Source: Candidatus Woesearchaeota archaeon
Lineage (GTDB): Archaea > Nanobdellota > Nanobdellia > Woesearchaeales > UBA11576
DNA length: 64,000 bases
Reading direction: 5' to 3'
NCBI GenBank assembly: GCA_043819495.1
Contig: JBDRET010000030.1
Span: forward strand, 5,463 to 69,462
Of this stretch, positions 38,001 through 43,542 are shown in pieces. The notes under the pieces were generated by a model. It ran no database searches and was not told the DNA's origin. It saw nothing but the letters and a program-made list of their open reading frames with translations. Numbering within the stretch: position 1 is the stretch's first letter; every line of letters starts with the position of its first letter. Position numbers and translations under genes: made by a program.

Positions 38001-38498
38001 AGGCAGTATGGATCAGACATACTCACGCGATCATCAAGCGTCTTTGTCAGGAGAGGGACAGAGATGCCCGTAGGTAATGGCACATTGAGGATAAGATATG
38101 CAGGACTGGACTGTTCACAATATGCCCATATGTGTACTCTTGGTGAAGCAGGGCATATCATAGGCATAGCGTCAGAGAATGATACTCTTTTGATGGGAAG
38201 TGATGAGATGACTACAAGCACAGGGCATTACGCCCTCAAGATATTTGCTGCAGACCCTAGGATGGATTTTGGATCGATCGAGGATGATCTTGCTGATGAT
38301 GACTTCCTTGACAGGGAGAATCCTCTGTTCAGTTATAAGCAGGGCATACCATATTACATAGTGCGGACTGAGATGCGTCCTCCTTATGTCTATCTTAGCG
38401 GCGACCGTAAGGTCGGGGAGGGATATTACATTCTTGTATTCAGGAATGTAGGTTATACTGCTGATGGCAGGGCTAACATAAGCGTGAGTATAAGTTAA
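23037..38498 (+). CDS. giant (5153 aa) secreted/membrane-tethered protein: 7 NosD-type right-handed beta-helix modules, beta-propeller-like insert, internal TM hairpin, Cys/Asp-rich repeats, conserved ~730-aa C-terminal module
   Basis: Single uninterrupted ORF with the signal peptide IVLFCLAMLLFSSSVHAAG. PbH1-type repeats (N.I..N.....GI.L). Seven GN[YF]W.D..D.N.DG.GD.G..YPY caps. See the findings for sub-features. Confidence 0.9.
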   Translation: MVKLEKRLNIVLFCLAMLLFSSSVHAAGLIFGGATIPLIDGGYTIPEKAVPGETLQLFMHIADPGGVDSVVANFTHEKGGDIVALELYNGTSDDGYWKAEWVVHDTLVKDYSVEVIADNGVFQSFETVWWSDPIYPFRARYPSGYTCSSGTWRLGIKFSVTEAVQVESLCGYWSSGAHTVFLQQEGSYGSNLRSASVTSSGSWSCTAITPITLNPGINYFVAQNAAGGSYCYTNHPAGSKYGVNFAQGGVYQSGAGTYFTSAPTPDSAMAYGMVDIGLTCTTPSAGMTISAAGITRLCGGNYNLNDATGVIRIGNNNVNIMCGETILTGSGIVSGRAFYNPGYDGVTIEGCTTYEYLTAFYMGPTVTDAVFRDNTIYRPSNGFYSTNDNHARITIENNEIYTANYGFRVYVGGGDLVIQDNRFSATECNYIYYGDNHRVLNNNFTDLNGSCGVLYMIGYSGTNYNTGSVIENNRFSGAPGNVLFYLYYYLEDLVISNNTIDVSTSSTLYMSGNSYAYPNRNILVTYNNFIDAGYRGINFENYVNSSTISYNNISGPLYYDVRIGSTSGGNVIYGNRFLSAGTNLAEASNYNNHFNRTVGGVAQGNYWADVIPSKLNIQDANLDLFGDSGSQYPYRYSKGGDVNSYVIDYGPILVDSDGDGTPDNVDCGPNDPNIRAPRANLTITSNTIFCPGTYSLNDSSGGSGLIRFGASGITLTCNGTVIIGNGSGLGINDYGYDNVIIQGCDVRNYQYDLFFGNVVTGSTVFNNTLRDAVYGIYFGALGTTGNIVRNNTFTGNDYGVYFASGVIGNEVYHNEFLSSNTDHAYAVSSGNAFYEVIGFNQGNYWIDIPLSNLNITDSDSNGWGDGGSAYPYSAAKGGNVGPNVADYGPMMRDYDSDGSPDSVDCVDTDSSILAPADDVVISYDTTLCPGTYYVTDVGADGVLKVVNADVQILCNNTILIGDYSGIGIASSSLSASIVGCDIRNYSKAISQQQAYWNITFDNGISAIDISQEGALLLIDSYYGDDMKLNEFGETIWIHDSYFYTDIAADSAEDVFVLQEGGEGDAELRKLDGSTGDEIWTVGLYSSGTVVAHALDVNSVGDVFVVGMVGWDNWTIFKIDGSTGDEIWQSVTTLSNSELNAVAVTLDDDVFVGGFRVENDCWIAKYDGDTGDELWNTSDIGCGGGYDQVTDVAVDTSNDLIAVIVDYSSYGSYSNWQIWKGDSDGNEQWVDQIPFDNSIGDNYIWAVATDSADNVIVAGDNNGNWTVIKLNPAGTPLWNRTGEGYGSDVAVDADDNIFVVGEDYDYYGFVLGFTPDGDLLGGGSIDITSSSISSDIGMELIGVSSGTIFNMTFNGNSVYGLYFNDTDDFTVMNSTFANYDYGVYLDSASTGNTFYHNNFTNSAIAHAYAEAAGNYFNFTIGGVPVGNFWDDVAPSMLEIYDTNIDGFGDLGPDYPYSAANGGQVSSNVADYGPMLTDSDSDTVPDYLDCAPYDSSIFPPYDGLKLTSPGTYTLCNGTYYLSDAGNDGIIRVVSDAVTIKGNNTFIVGTNSGYAIRSYEKYAGLTIQGCTLSNFSYGIYLYNTSAGAYSVFWDGLTIKDNNISNMTSAGIYVSYGMKDALVYNNIVEETGTFGIRLVNMANYFSDNNNVTDNDVRTGSDSGIYTDWAGVLIKDNDVTGGGYGIQCRHCIRSNISYNRVINSAQKGILMYYGNTSDLDVTQSVISYNNVSHGAHGGIGIRNIRNLTVAYNWILHTDGTGQHDAGIWDYSESTDRNRYITIRNNYIFNCSNHAILHTNFGHGYITVANNTIDGGWSGSAPRTANGIMFQASGLNYSTFEWNNITNMNGVGIYLNYDASGNIFRYNYIYVNRSSATSVYVYSDIDIKNNTFYNNTFKGGSGGVQFGTNSNNNLVYWNNFLNNTWHASSPALTNQFNTTVGGVPQGNFWDDINSSSLKIFDSNLDGFGDSGAEYPYNSTNRGDVQNKVNDWGPIMIDSDVDGDPDWRDCAPFDSSILSPYDDLNITQDTTLCSGTYYVNDTSGDGLIVFANDDLSLTCNGTVMVGYGNTAIKIADHDGITVSDCTMDYYGSSLGKAALYVLNSNDAVIENVSFSHSRGYSMAFNHVSNYDNNISVDGMTVINGTTAALAVFEVSNSSFKNMYLNVDRGSGSDAIYDDVTYNVSFENITIDGNIATGLFIFSESNLSTYDDIDVDMSQASPSNAGTYIEGKNTTIRNSVFRNTAGGWGIYFSGGGSYGLIENVNLLNNEWGMQIDSGDYHTIRNSTFFNNTQGVLIDSGEIGNIFYYNNFSNSTTYHARADGSGNHFNTTNGSACGNECARGNYWDDILSLDIIDFNRDGYGEAGAHYPYNSTNGGKVTGSVNDFGPLTTKTCYDTDGDGAYNSSSAAGCPGYRDCDDTDEYLVPPYDGLNFTSSGSYTLCSGTYYLNDTGNDGLMKIDSDDVEITCNGTVIRNDIGATEIGTAFNNAGGDDAIVRGCTVVDYDFGYYAEASSNHSTIFNNSFLSCQNAGVESIYSGNDGWNVSDNRFMSEDESPVNQYGVVVNYGDGWAIQRNVFDNMYNSISFRYGDDVLIENNLLNESRLGAIVITGTTGDFVYGAIIANNTFNKSILSGGTAELYIGSYSEAGLIADNTFYVLGGFSTAVIRLDGTSGGEVTDWVIENNDLLDIRNYGIYLQDYTIGTIVRGNNITGADMYGVYLGATVIDDNLFYNNSFYNSGTDHAYDASGANHFNTTIGGVAVGNFWDDINNNIEIFDNNLDGYGDSGPEYPYNSTNGGNVYKVNDYGPILIDSDIDGDPDWRDCNDADAGVLAPRDGLNITSDKMLCSGTYYINDSGVQGVIIFGSAGRELTCDATVMIGNGSGYAVADSYSTTSVDGCDFRNYGSAVLISGSASGVVIANNTLRDSARGVELSGSPTGNIIQNNTITADSYGVYLGSGVSGNYVYYNTFSSMSLANAYAASSGNHFNTTNGSDCGPQCARGNFWDDVLNLQISDLDEDGYGDAGTEYPYNATNGANVSGFVTDWGPATTKAGGYWDSIIYPEGVFEPYNAGLVSKNHQFTLNFTFVDLSAAAGNTLECAINMMNGSVKTINKITSGGVNFDDSLTYTLTAADANAIQKKTVGANKPIIPWEVINCSLKSSGNVLYWNDSSYGSPLEKKIYVHNNTWTGFVAGGDVSAAYLCWLFSKNIWFNNTKACDFDGDYQYAIYLSTGNAIEGNCHDGINNDNFGPTDCDTGICRGIFYSCGNPSKGKSYDDLHPNIPAVLPYLNPFNPEVPPFMPFIWLAAAIMFALLAVFVSRFAELSDLRYVSTVVPIILFICFIINAVTILTVSVAVSAPSIEAAYNGAPPGSCVGNICSGTVSTIGGNPITYYYTLHNRPGSKFKIRWNDDNVNDPLLRSLIYTAKNLSNTISSNGTYDDSGGRPGISRGSVMPPFFDTPEHPNGLFRNYIVQDSDGHAGVVDGVMWAIFNSSVDTTDSVYFQLAVSHYGAADDINPQTELYFDLSAPTNDDESYVNSTIGLANPCADRVDNDLDFNMDCLDDQCNGEIGNVGLGAICQYSGETVCNDRFDNDFDRDSGVLYDTDVNTGMDCRDSGCDGLQGHPSDGSLVCRYLDEHAGYPYSCRDGFNNDADYGNNSGTASLVNGVAAYDTASYTYFDCYDTQCWGQGGTSTDLINNPCPAFENNDGAWCLDGLDNDLDDGNNTRDLSNSTGVDCRDYDCGFMPYAGGPYQNDTMNFTCAINEYSGTEEGTASYDPNASLCFDNLDNDLDNPDGFYNNPGELIDCGDPDCTGITDPDDASRTCYVQEFNITLGIQACNDAFDNDGDDWMGWPGGTDCRDSNCHQQFGNCGPCASVENITYDSCADGMDNDIDTPTGADVADCKDYSDCVGEIGNLTGGQVCSAASGETGALCGDGFDNDADNLVDCKDTNCYGSIGPDGQVCAASEAGRCNDNLDNDADGQIDCFDTDCYGDSACALSIIKAPVYNQVPDYDSLPPAGSSIGATSTIKGFHLEHFYIGNNHTMSFIGTDSYQTVSIFIGSDTDYYAYDFDQCTIIGPNTTTFGNLSSGDYGVIAKNTTYDIGRFNVTMTCNPGAIPLAADTFNVLVSARKSSGAEDKGNEDWTTQLHENTEPDVSYIAIEPLNATGYVNVERGRPIGFVANASDPGAGVYTSGIYRCMFNIGGAGYISDDWDNNYRCRYSYSTTSDTTSSITVSAYAIDGSDNDDSSSPYTSPSFNINVQPILDREMVINKTKPFFNSGEQVRMNVSFVTADNGNFPAATCSVTVLNSAGGVAAASTIAATKPTSNTVECDGAITVPTGDDMYRVYVTVTDEDGDSVSSNQKVLYVCDSLSSSGSGWTCAKADFDQDGATEGIFSDLYVIPVACDNCLNLYNPEQVDRDGDGWGDICEQSPEGSMIIYGPNGTTFTGTRNVFINLTFRDTLYLDNCRYANDDPANLNDSMWENCTMVHAWILSEGEGNKTVYAEIRNLFGGTIVVNDSIVYRFIQDYVPPSAPVVYDGDTGYDIDWWNDNTTLSAYWWNATSAISALYYKYRIFEDGLCYLGDCDWTYVDRDVSVTVEGLSLSEGANYSFEVMSYTSSGFNASTTSNGTIIDVTDPSEVIINSTTHPNQNFTYGNDTVFFNFTATDPMSNGVASGIAGYSFLLDRYPGTAPDDVIEPRPWVNLKAAVNDGTAQLLRADNETSSPNTYAVFSQIKENFTENESLLVKVALAEIGSDYDDLMGIKVYLVKTGNGAAISTFDSEIGAISNIINVSRDVTYSDFMRSAVRYEFELTVNETVSDSSSDVYIVVAGVASDDDNRNNLSIAASVSQIDDSTRNFICVSGGSCSENTTGIDYAIEVSRQDAVDIWEMRYFNIGEGTFYFHAKAKDVAGNWGDPAHYKIIIDTEGVYVSIVSPFTGQIFTVDEIEVKVEVSDQAYVNVTAIYPDGSNDTVATVLVNDTNTFNVTLEPGMNEIYATARQYGSDILTRSSSVFVRRGTEMPVGNGTLRIRYAGLDCSQYAHMCTLGEAGHIIGIASENDTLLMGSDEMTTSTGHYALKIFAADPRMDFGSIEDDLADDDFLDRENPLFSYKQGIPYYIVRTEMRPPYVYLSGDRKVGEGYYILVFRNVGYTADGRANISVSIS
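32910..33080 (+). other. two predicted TM helices in the middle of the 5153-aa ORF
   Basis: FIWLAAAIMFALLAVFVSRF (nt 32910-32969) and YVSTVVPIILFICFIINAVTILTVSVAVSA (nt 32991-33080), separated by a 7-aa charged loop. Confidence 0.6.
33642..34994 (+). repeat. nine Cys/Asp-rich repeats C-x-D-x-[FL]-D-N-D-x-D...D-C-x-D-x-x-C (protein-level)
   Basis: Examples are CNDNLDNDADGQIDCFDTDCYG, CGDGFDNDADNLVDCKDTNCYG and CADRVDNDLDFNMDCLDDQCNG. They resemble MopE-type putative metal/Ca-binding motifs. Confidence 0.7.
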
Positions 38499-38534
38499 AG
38501 AAGGTGTTATGAAGTGGAAAAAGAAACGAGCGGC

Positions 38535-40826
38535 ATGATTTTGATGAAGGTGAGCGAAGTATTCGTGCTCTTATCTGTGATTATCCTGCTTGCAGGAGCA
38601 GTATCTGCAGATATCCCTTCAGGGTCTATTGAGATAAGAGGTCTCAATGGCACTGTGCTTACAGGGTCGCGTAATGTGTTCCTTAACATATCATATAGCT
38701 CATCTGATGGTATTGATATATGTCGCTTCGCAAATGATGACTATTTAGATCTTGCATCTATGTCATGGGAGGAATGTACTACTGTAAAGGCTTGGCTATT
38801 GAGTGGAGATGAAGGCAACAAGACGGTCTACTTCGAGGTACGCGACATCAATGGGCACGCAGCGATATTCAATGATTCCATAATGTTCAGGTTCATCCAG
38901 GATTTCACACCTCCTACTGCTCCGATAGTCTATGATGGAAGTTCAGGGGAAGATATCGATTGGTGGAACAGCAATACTTCGCTCGGAGCGTTCTGGTTTG
39001 GATCGACAGAAGACATATCGACGATATTCTATAGGTACAGGATACTTGAAGGCGCAGCTTGTTATGCTGGGGACTGTAATTTTACGAGCACAGGGACAAG
39101 CACATCAGTGGATGTTGATTTGCTCTCGCTGATAGAAGGAGGAAATTATTCTTTTGAGGTCATCGCGTATAATCATGATGGGCTGAATTCATCGTCAGGT
39201 CTTTCTGATGATGTTACGATTGATATGACGAGGCCAGGCCTGCCAGAGGTGGATAGTTCTACACATCCTGATCAGATCACTCCTTACGATAGTGCGATAG
39301 CTATATTCAATTGGACTTCATCGGATCCATTGGGCAATGGTGTTGCATCCGGAGTGTATTCATATTCGTACCTTCTTGACAAGCACCTTGGTACTGCTCC
39401 TGATAATGTCGCAGAAGGGAGATATTGGGATACTCTTGCATACATGCGTCGTGGCAGCTATAACCAGACTCTCAAGGTGAATGGTACCGGGATGGCGTAT
39501 GCAGTATTCAGCCAGGTCAATTCTAATTTCAGCGTGAATGATTCTTTACATGTGAGTGTAGCATTGGCAGAGCAGATATCTGACTATTCGGATCTCATGG
39601 GCGTCAAGGTCTATCTGACCAAGGTCGCTCAGGATTTGGATATAGGTTCATTTGATATGGAATCAGGAGCAGTTACAGAGGTATATAATGAGAGCTGGGA
39701 TGTCAGATACGCAGACTCTTTGACATCTGCAAAAGCGTATCAGTTCAGTCTCACATTGAATGATACTGTCGATGATAATACTGAAGATGTCTATGTGGTC
39801 GTATCAGGCATACTATCTGATGATGATAATCGTAATCCATTGGCGATAGCAGGGACGGCTACAGGAGAGCTTATCGACAATTCGACAAAGAACTTCATCT
39901 GTCCTGAGACTGGTATCTGCATACAGAACACCAGCACTCTTGATTATGCTATTGAGGTCAAGCGCCAGGATTCTGGTTCCGATTGGTCTGTCAGGTATGA
40001 TTATCTTGGCGATGACACTTATTATTTCCATGTCAAGGCACAGGATCTTGCAGGGAATTGGGGCGACACAGCGCATTATAGGATACTTGTTGCTGCAGGA
40101 GGCGTAGGGTCTCTTATCTATTCTCCTGTGAATGGAGAGGTCATAACTGGTGAAGGTCCTGACGTGAACACTACGGTGAGAGTGGTGGTGAGCGGCAACA
40201 CGACTGCTTATGTTGTGGTCATACACCCGCTGGGTGATAATTACACATCTCCTTCACATGTCATGAACCTGAGCCATGATTTTGAGGATGTCCAGCTTAA
40301 GCTAGGTCTCAATGAGATATATGCCGTGACGAACACCACATCAGGTGCTGTCGCACATTCGTCCAGCGTATTTGTGATAGCATCTTCTGAGCCTGAGGCG
40401 GCCACGAACAAGACTCTCCGGGTACGCTACAACGGATGTGCTGCGACCCCTCTGCCTTATGTCTGCTACCTGACTGAAGGGGATGCATATGTTGGTATCG
40501 CGACAGAGACAGAAGGTGCGCTCAGCGGGTCGGATGTCCAGCAGGACACATCTGTCCGGACGATCAAGATATTCATGTCACGGCAGTTTGACCTTGCGGA
40601 TGTATCTGCACGGCTTGCTACAGATGATTTCCTTGACAGGGTGAACCCTGCTTTCGGTTACAAATATGGTGCAGATGTCTACAGCATAAGCAATGAGCTG
40701 AGGTACAAAGATATTTTCCTTGGAGGAAATTTTATTGTCTCGCCAGGGACTTACCAGCTATACATCATGAAGAGCGGGACCACAAGTTCAGGCATGTCTA
40801 ACATAACGATTGCGATATCGGATTGA
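38535..40826 (+). CDS. secreted paralogue of the giant protein's C-terminal module (copy 2)
   Basis: Signal peptide MKVSEVFVLLSVIILLAGAVSA. It is colinear with nt 36297-38495 (RNVF[IL]N, C[RK][FY]ANDD, GEGNKTVY, FIQD[FY].PP.AP[IV]VYDG, YYFHVKA.D.AGNWGD.AHY). The track starts at the GTG at 38514; the ATG at 38535 or 38544 is more plausible. Confidence 0.85.
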   Translation: MILMKVSEVFVLLSVIILLAGAVSADIPSGSIEIRGLNGTVLTGSRNVFLNISYSSSDGIDICRFANDDYLDLASMSWEECTTVKAWLLSGDEGNKTVYFEVRDINGHAAIFNDSIMFRFIQDFTPPTAPIVYDGSSGEDIDWWNSNTSLGAFWFGSTEDISTIFYRYRILEGAACYAGDCNFTSTGTSTSVDVDLLSLIEGGNYSFEVIAYNHDGLNSSSGLSDDVTIDMTRPGLPEVDSSTHPDQITPYDSAIAIFNWTSSDPLGNGVASGVYSYSYLLDKHLGTAPDNVAEGRYWDTLAYMRRGSYNQTLKVNGTGMAYAVFSQVNSNFSVNDSLHVSVALAEQISDYSDLMGVKVYLTKVAQDLDIGSFDMESGAVTEVYNESWDVRYADSLTSAKAYQFSLTLNDTVDDNTEDVYVVVSGILSDDDNRNPLAIAGTATGELIDNSTKNFICPETGICIQNTSTLDYAIEVKRQDSGSDWSVRYDYLGDDTYYFHVKAQDLAGNWGDTAHYRILVAAGGVGSLIYSPVNGEVITGEGPDVNTTVRVVVSGNTTAYVVVIHPLGDNYTSPSHVMNLSHDFEDVQLKLGLNEIYAVTNTTSGAVAHSSSVFVIASSEPEAATNKTLRVRYNGCAATPLPYVCYLTEGDAYVGIATETEGALSGSDVQQDTSVRTIKIFMSRQFDLADVSARLATDDFLDRVNPAFGYKYGADVYSISNELRYKDIFLGGNFIVSPGTYQLYIMKSGTTSSGMSNITIAISD

Positions 40827-40868
40827 GTATGAAATATGGATTGACTATTATAATATAAGATAAAAACG

Positions 40869-41561
40869 GTGAATATGATGGAAACAAAAAATATGGAACG
40901 AAAAGAGGAGAGCCAGAGTATGCCTGGCCTGCGAAAGTTCATTTCGCCCAAAGCGGCGCACAGATTCGCTAATCTGACGTCATTCCTGGCACGTTTCATC
41001 ATAATATTCATGTTCCTCATAGCGACAGCTCTCGCCCAGGTGCAGTCCCACAGGTTGTCAGAGATAAGGATAATAGATCAGGATCTTAATCTGAATGTCT
41101 ATAGCCTGAACGCAACAATGATCAACGCAACTGATGATATATGCATCACTGGAGGTGTCTGTCTGAGCAATGCATTTGGGACGTTCTATGATAAGACTAC
41201 CTCGCCAATAACTGCAAATTTCGGACTTTACGCTCCAAGTGGAGAGACTGGTTACGATGCAGGGACTGCGATATGTAATAGTAATTTTACTGGGACCCAT
41301 ATGTGTAGCTTCACTGAGATCGTTTATACCATATCTACAAGAAATTTTGCAGCGATATCTGGCTGGAATGGAGAGGCATGGATAGCCTCAGGTCCTGCGA
41401 AGTATTCGCCCGCAGCATTACCTGTGGCGGACTGTAATGGATTCACTCATGGTACTGCAGGAAGTCACCTGGGTAACTGGTGGACATTCAGCACAACGAC
41501 AGGAGGAGTAGGCAGGACAGGCCACTGTGGGAATACGTTTCCCATAGCCTGCTGTAAGTGA
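40869..41561 (+). CDS. membrane-anchored protein carrying the Cys-rich C-terminal domain of the 653-aa fibre-like protein
   Basis: 230 aa with the TM FLARFIIIFMFLIATALA. Its last ~150 aa align with the end of the 41571..43532 product (DDICITGGVCL/NDICIDGGNCL; C.[AS].FTG.H.C...EIVYTI; GNWW.F..TTGGVG.TG.C......IACC). Confidence 0.8.
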   Translation: MNMMETKNMERKEESQSMPGLRKFISPKAAHRFANLTSFLARFIIIFMFLIATALAQVQSHRLSEIRIIDQDLNLNVYSLNATMINATDDICITGGVCLSNAFGTFYDKTTSPITANFGLYAPSGETGYDAGTAICNSNFTGTHMCSFTEIVYTISTRNFAAISGWNGEAWIASGPAKYSPAALPVADCNGFTHGTAGSHLGNWWTFSTTTGGVGRTGHCGNTFPIACCK

Positions 41562-41570
41562 GGTGCGAAA

Positions 41571-43532
41571 ATGAAGATGAATAAAACAATAACAATCCTG
41601 GCATTCATGCTTGTACTTTTAAGCACCTTGGCGATGGCAGAGTGGGTCAAGGACCATAACAGCTGCACTGACAATTATCAGTCACAGAACTGTGCTGCAA
41701 GTCAGAAAGCTTGCGCGTGGGTCTCAAGCACATTGTACTGTGCCTTACCTGCAACAGTCAATGCGGCAATACCGGGAAGCCCGAGTACAATAAACTATAA
41801 TGCGCCCTCACAAGCTCTTGGTGGTGGTTATGTGTTTAATTGTCTTAGGACAAACACTGTGGCGTGTAATGTTTGGGAATGTCAGAGTGATCTTTCATGT
41901 TCTAATGTGGGTCGAAAGACTACCTGTGCTGGTGGTGCTACGACCTTCTCTTGTGATGTGTGTCGTGATGGTTATCATTATTGTGATGGTAGTTATGTTG
42001 ATGGTAATGGTTGTGAGATAGTGGAAGGGTCTACACCATTCCCTTCAGAGCCTAATTCCCATTATGGTGTGGATGACTGCGTCAATCCTATATGCAATAC
42101 CAACTATCTTGATTGTGATGGTGATCTGGGAACTACAGGCACTGGTTGCGAAGTCCTTGATGGCTCTGTATGTTATGTTGGGCCAGTACCTGGGACTGTG
42201 ACTGGTTGCAGCGGAGGGGCTGCTAATTGTGTCGTGGATCCTGTGCATCATATGACTGGTACAGAAGCGGCATATAGCAGCGGAAATGCAAACTTGTGGT
42301 CCACACAATATGGCAGCGGATGGCTTGCTAATTTCACTAGAGCGTATGCAGCACCTACGAGCAACTCTAATATAACATTCGGCATCAACAACAATGGCTG
42401 TATAGTATTCAATGATTCATCTTCACAATGCACTGCAGGTGTTGCTGCAGGTACTGCTGGCTGGGTAGATGATGGTTCTGTCGTCAGGTTGGATAATTCA
42501 GCTGATAAGGTGGGGATTGGCACATCTAATCCTGTAGCGGCGCTTCACGTCAATATTACTGCAGGTGGTGCTGCAGCATTCGGTGGAGGGTCTACAACAG
42601 CATCAGAGAATTATGCGTTTGCCTCAGGATATAACAGTAGGGCAACCGCTGAAGGATCAGTTGCTATGGGCATGTTCCCTTATGCGAATGGATATGGTTC
42701 TGTAGCTATAAGCAGGGCAACATCTGGTGGGGCTTACTCTGTTGCGATCGGTGAATATGCTGTCGCTAGTAACAATAGGGCGTACTCTTTTGGTATAGGG
42801 ACGACTGCGAGCGGGGTTTATTCTTTTGCCATTGGTAACTCGACTACAGCAAGTGCAACAAGTTCAATGGCGATCGGTAATGGTGTCACTGCAAGTGGAA
42901 TTAAATCAATAGCATTCGGTCACGGGATAGAAGTCAGCGGCTCCGAATCTATAGGTGTAGGGTTGGATTCTATACACAGGACAGTCTCTAGGAATAATGT
43001 CATGTCCATAATGGGTGGCAATGTAGGCATCGGTACGACTTCTCCAAACGCAACACTCCACGTCGCAGGAGACATAAACGTCACTGCAGGCAATGATATA
43101 TGTATTGATGGAGGAAATTGTCTTGGAACACTCAGTGCAGGAGCAACATTTGTGGGTAAAACTTCAGGGTATTACGATGCAGATTTTACATCCGCAACGC
43201 CTGCAGGTTTTGAAGGTTACAAGGCTGCGAATTATCTGTGCAATGCTAGCTTTACAGGGGCTCACATCTGCACGACGCATGAGATAGTGTATACGATAGC
43301 TAACAGAGATCTGACTGTCATATCGGATTGGAGCATGAAAGCATGGATTGCAGTAGGTCCTTCAAAATATTCAGGTATCGGTGTGAAGTTCGTGAATGAC
43401 TGCCATGGTTTCACTGATGATGGTTCTGCAGGAAACGCATTCGGCAACTGGTGGTATTTCAACCAGACGACCGGAGGGGTCGGTGAGACAGGTACTTGTG
43501 ACAGCGCGCTGCAGATAGCGTGTTGCATGTGA
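41571..43532 (+). CDS. secreted fibre-like protein with Cys-rich N-domain, VGIGT..P...LHV motifs, YadA-head-like repeats and Cys-rich C-terminal domain
   Basis: 653 aa with the signal peptide MKMNKTITILAFMLVLLSTLAMA. Repeats of the form S.A.G..[ST].A (SVAMG, SVAIS, SVAIGEYAVAS, SFGIGTTASG, SFAIGNSTTAS, SMAIGNGVTAS, SIAFG) span nt ~42603-42965. Confidence 0.8.
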   Translation: MKMNKTITILAFMLVLLSTLAMAEWVKDHNSCTDNYQSQNCAASQKACAWVSSTLYCALPATVNAAIPGSPSTINYNAPSQALGGGYVFNCLRTNTVACNVWECQSDLSCSNVGRKTTCAGGATTFSCDVCRDGYHYCDGSYVDGNGCEIVEGSTPFPSEPNSHYGVDDCVNPICNTNYLDCDGDLGTTGTGCEVLDGSVCYVGPVPGTVTGCSGGAANCVVDPVHHMTGTEAAYSSGNANLWSTQYGSGWLANFTRAYAAPTSNSNITFGINNNGCIVFNDSSSQCTAGVAAGTAGWVDDGSVVRLDNSADKVGIGTSNPVAALHVNITAGGAAAFGGGSTTASENYAFASGYNSRATAEGSVAMGMFPYANGYGSVAISRATSGGAYSVAIGEYAVASNNRAYSFGIGTTASGVYSFAIGNSTTASATSSMAIGNGVTASGIKSIAFGHGIEVSGSESIGVGLDSIHRTVSRNNVMSIMGGNVGIGTTSPNATLHVAGDINVTAGNDICIDGGNCLGTLSAGATFVGKTSGYYDADFTSATPAGFEGYKAANYLCNASFTGAHICTTHEIVYTIANRDLTVISDWSMKAWIAVGPSKYSGIGVKFVNDCHGFTDDGSAGNAFGNWWYFNQTTGGVGETGTCDSALQIACCM

Positions 43533-43542
43533 GGTGGCGAAG

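Noticed and set aside
38509-38538. 9-codon uORF (MKWKKKRAA) whose TGA overlaps the ATG at 38535 of module copy 2
   Set aside because: The upstream AAGGTG is only 2 nt from this ATG, too close for a functional SD, and there is no way to distinguish it from chance without conservation data.
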